DNA of 64,000 nt from Psammoneis japonica (lineage: Eukaryota), in contig QPGO01000050.1 in NCBI GenBank assembly GCA_008632985.1, positions 124,001-188,000 of the forward strand, written 5' to 3'. The notes beneath the pieces were generated by a model. The model saw only the letters and a list, made by a program, of their open reading frames with translations. It ran no database searches and had not been told where the DNA came from. Made by a program: the position numbers and the translations under genes. This document shows, one piece after another, positions 55,869 through 64,000 of the stretch. Each line of letters starts with the position of its first letter. Position 1 is the stretch's first letter.

Positions 55869-56406
55869 AAATTGATCTTTGTATGAAAGATTCTTGTGTT
55901 GTGCAGTCGCAGTTAAATAATTAATGTAATCAAAGCTGCAGCGAGGACGTGCTTCATCTTCTTAGTTTCGTCTAGTAGTGCTTTCTAGAAGCCTGAAAAG
56001 TGTACTGCTATGATAGCAGGCTTCAAATCTGATTCAGTGTATCGGCGTGCTCCGTGCCATTTCTTTCGTTAACTTGCATTGAATCGTACAAGCTCAGAAG
56101 AAGCAAGCTAGAGAGAAGTATTCAGTCCTAGTGCGCACATCTGGGCTTTCTAAGCGCAATCTAGAGATTGATTCGTCTTTCTTTACAATTTCAAAACTTG
56201 GTTCTGAAAAGACTGACGAAATCGTAACTTGTTACAGTGTCTATCTACCGTACTGCGCCATTCAGCCATTCAGCCATCGAATGTTGCGTTGGAACACGCA
56301 ACATACCGATTTGGATCCAGTACCGGAGACCATCGTAGGTTTTACATACGTAATTCTCGTACACTTTTCAACGAAAGCATTTTGCGGTCATTTCTTGCGC
56401 GACACG

Positions 56407-57934
56407 ATGGTGGCGTCGGCGGTGTTCATCACTGACTTGTCGGGCAAGTCCATCATTAGCCGCAACTATCGTGGGGATGTACCTCTCACCAAGGCCATTG
56501 AGCGTTTCTCACAATACCTTGCCGAGACAGAAGATGAATCGAAAAAGCCAGTCTTTCACGTCGACATGAACGGCGACGTGATGGAATCCGCAGAGGATGT
56601 TGGGAGCGCTGGGGCGGGCGGAGAGACGTTCGTCTACGTACAGGTCAGTACTAATTCTACGCAGTGAATGCTTTGACAATGCGAAAAAGCCGATGGTGCT
56701 CCAACTAAAGTGCCGATAATCGCATCGATCTATTCTCACTTCTTGTGTTCTTGTTTCATGGCGTAAACCACACAACGAACCTTTCTCTTTTCTTCTATAA
56801 CTACAGCAAACCAACTTATACTTATGCGCGGTGACTCGTAAGAATTCCAACGTGGCGCTGATCCTAACGTTTCTCTACAGGTTAGCCTCAGTGTTCAAAG
56901 ACTACTTCGGCGCGTTGGAGGAGGAGTCGATAAGAGATAACTTTGTCGTGATATACGAACTGCTGGATGAGACCATGGACCACGGGTTACCTCAGAGTCT
57001 GGATTCGACGATTTTGCGCAGTTTCATCACGCAGGATGCCAACCGCATGTCGGAGGATTCCAAGTCGAAACCTCCTGTGGCACTCACCAACGCTGTAAGT
57101 TGGCGTGCCGAGGGCATTAAGCACAAGAAGAATGAAATCTTTTTAGATGTTGTCGAAAAGTTGAATTTGCTCGTGGCGGCGAACGGTACCGTATTGCACA
57201 GCGAGATTCTCGGAGCAGTCAAGATGAAGTCCTTTCTCAGTGGCATGCCCGAGTTGAAGCTTGGATTGAACGACAAGCTCATGTTTGAGGCGACGGGGCG
57301 ACAAAACCAGGCACGTGCTAAGGCCGTTGAGCTTGAGGACATTAAGTTTCATCAATGTGTCCGTTTGGCTCGTTTCGAAAACGATCGGACCATCAGTTTC
57401 ATCCCTCCTGACGGGGAATTTGACCTCATGACATACCGTCTCAACACTCATGTGAAGCCTCTCATTTGGGTGGAGGCTGTCGTGGAACCCCATAAGGGGT
57501 CACGAATTGAATACATGATCAAGACGAGGTCTCAGTTCAAATCACGTAGTGTCGCAAACAACGTAGAGATTATCATTCCTGTTCCGCCGGATGTCGACAG
57601 TCCTGCCTTCAAAACCAGCGTTGGGTCCGTAACCTATTTGCCGGACCGTGATGCTATTGTATGGACGATTAAGCAGTTTCACGGTGGACGAGAGTATCTA
57701 ATGAGAGCACATTTCGGGCTTCCCTCCATTAGCGCAAGCGACGTTGACCACGAAAAGAAGAAGGGCGAGAATGCTTGGAAGGCTCCTATTGGGGTCAAAT
57801 TTGAAATCCCTTACTTCACGGTCAGCGGAATACAAGTGCGATACCTCAAAATTATCGAACGCAGCGGCTATCAAGCCCTTCCTTGGGTGCGGTACATCAC
57901 TGCCAACGGAGACTATCAGCTGCGAATGGCGTGA
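56407..57934 (+). CDS. AP1M1: AP-1 complex mu subunit; intron 56644-56806
   Basis: SAVFITDLSGK.IISRNYRGD, EESIRDNFVVIYELLDE, VSWRAEGIKHKKNEIFLDV, FIPPDGEF, YQALPWVRY. Confidence 0.95.
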
Positions 57935-58182
57935 GGATGATGCGTTTTGCCTCGCGGTCAATGAAGAAACGAGCTACAATACTGGTACTCTAGAGACGGA
58001 TAAAACACGTTTTTGCAATTCAATTTATCTGACAAAAGTGTTATGTAGGAAATCCCACAGAATGTATTGTCTTTTATTTATTACCAAAAAGAAAACCAGG
58101 TACTGCCGGGCTCTTTCCCAGCATGAGGCGGTTTCGCATCCCCCGTCCGAGACCTGATCCGGAAGTCTCTCTTATTATCTAG

Positions 58183-61066
58183 CTAGAGAGGGCTTAGTGG
58201 AGAATCAACTTCTTGACTCTCGGCCTCGGAAGTAGCGTCGGTAGAGACGATGCCGTTCGAATCTGACTCTGCTGAAGAATCGCTCGTCACAACGCTTTCC
58301 ACTTCAAGAACTGGTGCAATGCCGCTATCCAGCTCAAACGCAACCTTGGATGATTCGTCGTCTGTCTTCTCACGAACCTTTGCTGTATCCGGACACGCTT
58401 CTTCAATCACTTTGGCAACCATTGGACTTTTCTCTATCCTCTCCTCTACAACGGCTGCTGCGGCTTCGGCCGTTCGACTGATGCCAGCTTCGGGTTTCTC
58501 ACCTGTCGAGTCCTTCTCTTCCTCTTCTCTTTTTCTTCTTCGGGAACGACATCCACTACGGCCGCTTTCTTTTTCTTCTTTGGCTTCTCCTCCACGCTTA
58601 TTCCCAGTTGTGCCAACGCTAGCTCTTCCTCATTCTTAGTTAGACCGCGGCCAATAAGAAGTTCCTTGCGTTTGCCTTCAAGAAGTGAGTTGACTTCTTC
58701 TGGGGCGGCACCAAGACTTTTCAATACCGCTCCAGCGAATGGTAAGGTGAGCAAGAGATTGTCTTCGGGTAAGACAGGTACCATCGCAGCAACGTCAAGC
58801 GTCGACTGCAATCTCTCTGCATGATCCGCGTTCTTGGCCCGACAGAAATCTTGAGGTCCGGGTACATTCGACGAAGGGAAATAACTGCGCGATTCGTTTG
58901 CTCCTTATCAGCAATACAAAGAATGACAGCATTGGCTTTTCCCACATTGAAGGCTTCTGCGACCTCGGGCCGTCCGACGTCTCCATAGAACACGGGCAAT
59001 CCTTTGTTTCGTGCCTCTATCGCCTTGTTGGGGTCGATTTCAATACCAACGTATTTGATCAGTTTTTGATCCAATAAGTCGCATACGACCTTTCCGACCA
59101 CACCGTAACCAACCACCACCGCAAAACCATCGCTTTCCTTGATCTCATTTGCGTCGCGATCTTGTCCGAGGTAGTGAGTGAAATCACTCTCTTCCTCCAG
59201 ACGTTTGGCAATCTTTCCCCCAATTCCTGCCAATGCAGGTGTGACAGCCATTGTGAGACTCACACTCGTAAGCAAGAGCTTGGTAGTGGCCGGATCTAGA
59301 ATGCCCAGACCACGAGCCAAGCCAAACGCGACAAAAGCGAACTCCCCGCCTTGACTTAGAATCAGACCGGTTTGCTGGGAGGTGGATAGACTCAGCCCGA
59401 AAGCTAGAGAAAGCAGTGTGATAGTAAGACCCTTGATAGCGATTATTCCCATCACAATACCAGCAACTTGAGGAAACTTGGATGCAATTAGATGCAAGTC
59501 TATCTCGAAGCCAACCGTGACAAAGAAGAGCCCAAGCAAAATCCCTCGAAATGGAGCGATGTCAGCCTCAATTTGATAGCGGTACTTCGTTTCTGAAAGA
59601 AGAACTCCCGCAAGAAACGCCCCGAGTGTATTGCTTAAGCCTAATCCTTCTGTCATGAAGGACATGCTTAAAACTGTCAGCAACACCACTCCCAGAAAGG
59701 CTTCTTGAGACTGCGACTGTGCTACAGTCTTGAACAATGGATTAAGAATCACTCGCCCCGCAAAAGCAATAGATCCAAGCGCCATGGCGGCCTTGATAGT
59801 GGCAGAGCTTAAAGCTGAAGCAAGACCTCCACCACCACCCGCTAGAATAGGAGTGACGACTAGCAGTGGAACGACGGCCAAGTCCTGAAAGAGCAGAACG
59901 CCAAAGGATGCCTTTCCAAAACGCGTTGCCAGTTGATCCTTGTCTTTGAGCAATTGAAGGACAAAAGCCGAGCTCGACAAGGCTAACCCACCACCTAGTA
60001 CAACCAAGGCATTGGCAGGAAGACCAAACATCCTACCGCCGCTGCAATGGCAACGGCAGTGGATATAAACTGGCTGAAACCCAACCCGAAGACATCCTTT
60101 CTCATGCTCAACAATCGTTCAAAACTCAGCTCAATTCCCATCTCAAACAAGAAGAAAACGATACCAAGCTCTGCTAGCGTTTCTGTTGTATGAATTCCAC
60201 TTATAAGGCCCCACCCATTAGGGCCGAGAAGCATACCTGATGCAAGGAAGCCGAGGATTGGGGAGGTTCCAAATCGTTTGCAAACTGGAGTAATCAGCGC
60301 AGTAGCGAGCAGGAGGAGCAATGTGTCCGACTTTGGTCCATTCATGTAGTCACCAAGTTCTGTGATTGCTTGTTGAATAGTTCTTCCTGTTTGTTGGGCG
60401 GCGTTGTCCACTTTCTCTTTCTTATTATTTTGTAATCGAACTGAATCACCACCGCCACGCGACACCGCCTGCGTTCGAGCCACAGGTAAGTTTTGTGTTT
60501 GTGTTTGCGTGGAAGACGCCATTTGTACAACTTCCGTTGGACTAGGCTGAACAGCAGGCTGACAATATTGATCGATCTGTTCCGACGATACAAACGCAGC
60601 AGCTAATGCCATGGAAGCAGCGAGAACAATGTTGCGACGCGACTTTTTCTGCCAACGCAAGATCGACTTCATGATCGCTCTCGTCCTCAACGCAAGATTA
60701 TGACATGACTTCCGAACCCATTTTCTTGCCCCAAACTTCCCAGAAGACTATACGGTGCGACAACAACGTGTATTCGATCGAGAAAGGCGATTAAAACAAA
60801 AACCTGATGGTGTCAAGCATGCGAGAAAAATAATCAGAAGGCCTTACCTCGTCACCCTCATCAGATACAAACTGGCTGGTCGCTCGGTAAACAAACCGTT
60901 GACTTGGATAGCTTGCGGATCGTGCACTTTGGTGAATCTTGGGAGAAACCGCCTTCAGTCTGCTTCTTGTTAGCGTTGGAGCTACCTGTACAAAGGCGTT
61001 GCAACAAGATACCGCCAAAAGTACCGCAATTATAATGAAAGTGTGAAGTGCTTTGAAAAGTGCCAT
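58183..61066 (-). CDS. K+/H+ antiporter (KEA/KefC, CPA2) with KTN domain and bipartite plastid presequence; apparent frameshifts
   Basis: Signal peptide ending CNA-F; SPILGFL, LAELGIVFFLFEMGIELS, LLFQDLAVVP, LGAFLAG, SQGGEFAFV, VVGYGVVG, FYGD. Confidence 0.88.
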
Positions 61067-61744
61067 TTTTTGCACGAATTTGAACGTAGATACTCCACTT
61101 TATAGGCGTTCCTTTAGATATACAGGCCCAGCAGTCGCTTTCGATCGAACAGGTGCAATGAGACTGCCCCTACCTAATCTAAACTCGATGTCTTCGCATG
61201 ATCAACAACAAGGAAAGCCGTGATGTTGTGGTGTCGCTTCGGCCGGGTGCGTGTTGTGTCTCGACTGACGTCGCCGTTGGATCCTACGTGGATTTGTACG
61301 AAGAAAAAATGAGCGGTCTCGCGCCGCCCGTCGCACAGCCAAAATCTTGCTTACCATGACTGGCTTGGGTGGACAGATAACTGATCTGACACACTCACAG
61401 TACAGAAGGAACACACGATTGCGCGAGCCAACCATCCGACCCAACGGAAAAGAAGTCATTCTTACATAAATGAAGAGTCATTAATGTATTTGTCATACTA
61501 GCGATTTTGCACGAAATGACTCGCTTTTTAGCCTCGGACACCGCGCAATGCCGCCAAAACCACGGTCACAAAGTGTTTGCGTTGATCACATCTGCACCGA
61601 CAAAGAATTTGCACGAGATATCACTTCGCATCACACATCGTCGAGGAAAAAGAGCACTTTAGATTACACCTGCCATCCATAATTTTGAGACAATTGCGAG
61701 ACTCGAGTCAATTTGATCAACAGAATTCGACACGCGACACCGCA

Positions 61745-62548
61745 ATGTCGAGATCACAGAATGAGAATGAGTATAACGTCAATTTCGTTACCTGCCAAGC
61801 AGTTAGGTTCAATAATACTGGGGTAAAGTTTCTGGAAACGAGGAGTTTACATGATTCATGGGTGATGTTTAAGGGTGCTCTTGAGACTATAAAACTTGCG
61901 TACCGCCATGACGACTCTGCGATTCTTGCCAACGTTTCAGACAACTCACACATCCAGAACGCAATGGAGTTGCTTGACAAGGAAGCTATAGGACAACGGA
62001 ATGGTTGTAAGAATGGGATTCATATGAGCATTGATCCATGGAATTCATGCTCACTGGGAAACTCGACTCACTGCTTCACACCTCATCCATTCGAGGTTCA
62101 AGGACTTGATTTCTCGGGGTCGGATACATCGATGTTGTCGGCATCAGTTGTATCAGCTGTTGTGCTTTACAACTTGGCCCTTGTTGAACATATGAGATGG
62201 CTAGAGGGTCCACGCAACGTTCAGTCGATGATTGAAACTGTTTTGCAGCTCTACGCACTTTCATTCGGTCTAACGCAGCGAGCCGATCTGGAAGGGCATG
62301 TCGTACATTTGAACCTTGCCATACAAAACAACCTCGGACAGCTTTTCTATGAACTGGGTCAATACAGCGTGGCAAGGATATACCTGGACGGGCTTGCTTA
62401 CAGAATGGCGTTTCTCTCCGCCAGAGGATGCCTCGGTCGCTCGAATAACAGTACTTTCAAAATGGTGATTCACGGATCTGATCCTTTCGAGGGGTTTCTC
62501 TCAAATATTATGCTCCTCCACCCTCCTACCGCAGCCCCATCAGCATAG
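61745..62548 (+). CDS. Hypothetical protein, same family as 3020-3841
   Basis: FNNTGV, LYNLALVEH, QNNLGQLFYELG, terminal AAPSA. Confidence 0.8.
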   Translation: MSRSQNENEYNVNFVTCQAVRFNNTGVKFLETRSLHDSWVMFKGALETIKLAYRHDDSAILANVSDNSHIQNAMELLDKEAIGQRNGCKNGIHMSIDPWNSCSLGNSTHCFTPHPFEVQGLDFSGSDTSMLSASVVSAVVLYNLALVEHMRWLEGPRNVQSMIETVLQLYALSFGLTQRADLEGHVVHLNLAIQNNLGQLFYELGQYSVARIYLDGLAYRMAFLSARGCLGRSNNSTFKMVIHGSDPFEGFLSNIMLLHPPTAAPSA

Positions 62549-62607
62549 CGTCCATGATCCAGGTCACAACTAAAAAGAGGGGACAAAGGCGACATTGTGA
62601 AACCAAG

Positions 62608-62817
62608 GGTAATTGGTACATAATAATCTCTAATCATTTTTTTTTAATGAACTGTACAGGATTCCCACCACCGCCACTAAGCGCTTGTTCGGGGAATGAG
62701 ATCAAGCACGTCGGTAATTGGTATATGGTATTCTCTAATCATTGTTTAAAAAAATGAACTGTACAGTATTCACACCACCGCCATTAAGCGCTTGATCGGG
62801 GAATGAGATCAAGCACG
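62608..62817. repeat. Tandem duplication of ~105 bp covering the mutase stop codon and 3' flank
   Basis: GGTAATTGGTA...CTCTAATCATT...ATGAACTGTACAG...TAAGCGCTTG.TCGGGGAATGAGATCAAGCACG at 62608 and 62713. Confidence 0.9.
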
Positions 62818-64000
62818 AGCTTTGCCGCGTCTGTAATGCGGGTTCCTGGTCCAAAAACAGCACTGCAGCTTTGAGTCTCCTTCAAGAGGAAGTCGTAGTC
62901 TTGCGGCGGGATAACTCCTCCCGCAACAACGACAATATGGCTTGCACCCCGCTCTTCGAGCTCTTGTTTAAGTTTTGGCAAGAGCGTTTTGTGCCCGGCA
63001 GCCTGAGAAGAGATTCCAATGACATGCACATCTGAATCAAGGGCTTGGAGAGCCACTTCTTGTGGAGTCTGGAACAGTGGACCAACATCGACATCAAACC
63101 CTAAATCGGAAAAACCGCTGGCGATAACCTTGGCACCACGATCATGTCCATCTTGACCCATCTTGGCGACGAGGATACGGGGCCTTCTCCCTTCCACCTC
63201 TTGGAAATCCTTGACCCTATTCAGGATTGACTCGTATTCATCAAACAGCTTATCGTCGTCACCACTACCGCTGGAAAAGGAAGCGCTGTACGCCCCTTGG
63301 ACCACCGCTGTTGTCGGAACGTGGCGTCCCCATGCATTCTCCAATGCCATGGAGATCTCACCAAGCGTGCACCTGGCTTGAGCTGCATCAATGCTAAGCT
63401 TCATCAGGTTGTCTGGATCGTCGCCCTTGCTAGTACTACGGTCCATTCGAGCACTGGCTTCCAGCTTGGCGAGAGCTTGTTGCGCAGCGCTTTCATCTCG
63501 GCCATTGCGCAGGTCCTGCAAACTCTTGATTTGCATCTCCCGAACTTCCGTATTGTCAATGTTCAAAACATCAATCATCTCCTCCTTCGCTTCTTCCTCA
63601 CTGAGTTGATACTTGTTGACCCCGACAATGACTTCTTGTTTTGAATCGATTCGTCCTTGCTTGCGGGTGGCGCTCTCTTCAATGCGCAATTTCGCAAGTC
63701 CACTATTAATGTACTTGGTCATACCACCCGCCTCTTCGACTTCAGCCAGAATATCCATGGCCTTTTCTGCCATTTCGTCCGTCAAGCTCTCCATCATGTA
63801 GCTGCCTCCCCATGGATCGGCCACGTCGCAAACACCGGTTTCATCCTGGAGAATGAGCTGAGTGTTGCGCGCCACTCGAGCCGTCTGCACGGTTGGCAAT
63901 CCCACGGCTTCGTCGTATGAATTGGTGTGCAAGGACTGCGTTCCACCCTGAACGGCGGCAAGAGCGCTAATGGTGGTGCGGACAATGTTGTTCATGGGCT
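62784..64000 (-). CDS. MUT: Methylmalonyl-CoA mutase (B12-dependent), 3' part
   Basis: [52 protein letters not shown]. Confidence 0.95.
   Translation of the reverse strand, partial: PMNNIVRTTISALAAVQGGTQSLHTNSYDEAVGLPTVQTARVARNTQLILQDETGVCDVADPWGGSYMMESLTDEMAEKAMDILAEVEEAGGMTKYINSGLAKLRIEESATRKQGRIDSKQEVIVGVNKYQLSEEEAKEEMIDVLNIDNTEVREMQIKSLQDLRNGRDESAAQQALAKLEASARMDRSTSKGDDPDNLMKLSIDAAQARCTLGEISMALENAWGRHVPTTAVVQGAYSASFSSGSGDDDKLFDEYESILNRVKDFQEVEGRRPRILVAKMGQDGHDRGAKVIASGFSDLGFDVDVGPLFQTPQEVALQALDSDVHVIGISSQAAGHKTLLPKLKQELEERGASHIVVVAGGVIPPQDYDFLLKETQSCSAVFGPGTRITDAAKLVLDLIPRSSA

Overview
Eukaryotic, intron-containing, gene-dense DNA, most likely from a diatom or related stramenopile (bipartite plastid-targeting presequences, diatom-type cyclin and hypothetical families). 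About 27 ordinary nuclear genes alternate with two blocks of dead repeat DNA (1-~2500 and ~16150-26700). The larger block holds a Mutator-like transposase relic, a ~190-200 bp tandem array and an RLE-type non-LTR retrotransposon. The main signal is a mutational signature confined to these blocks: CpG is depleted, TpA is almost completely erased, and TpG/CpA is strongly enriched. The inferred RT catalytic YIDD codons read TGC ATC AAC AAC (CINN). Surviving TpAs are mostly YTAR, and TpA loss extends beyond CpG loss at block edges. This points to a repeat-targeted A>G (T>C) hypermutation process, opposite in direction to fungal RIP. A second signal is a set of palindrome-rich CTAG/TAG islands in head-to-tail intergenic spacers and at the repeat-block edge. 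Several housekeeping genes carry single-base frameshifts that look like assembly errors. All counts are by eye and all family assignments come from motif recognition, not database searches.
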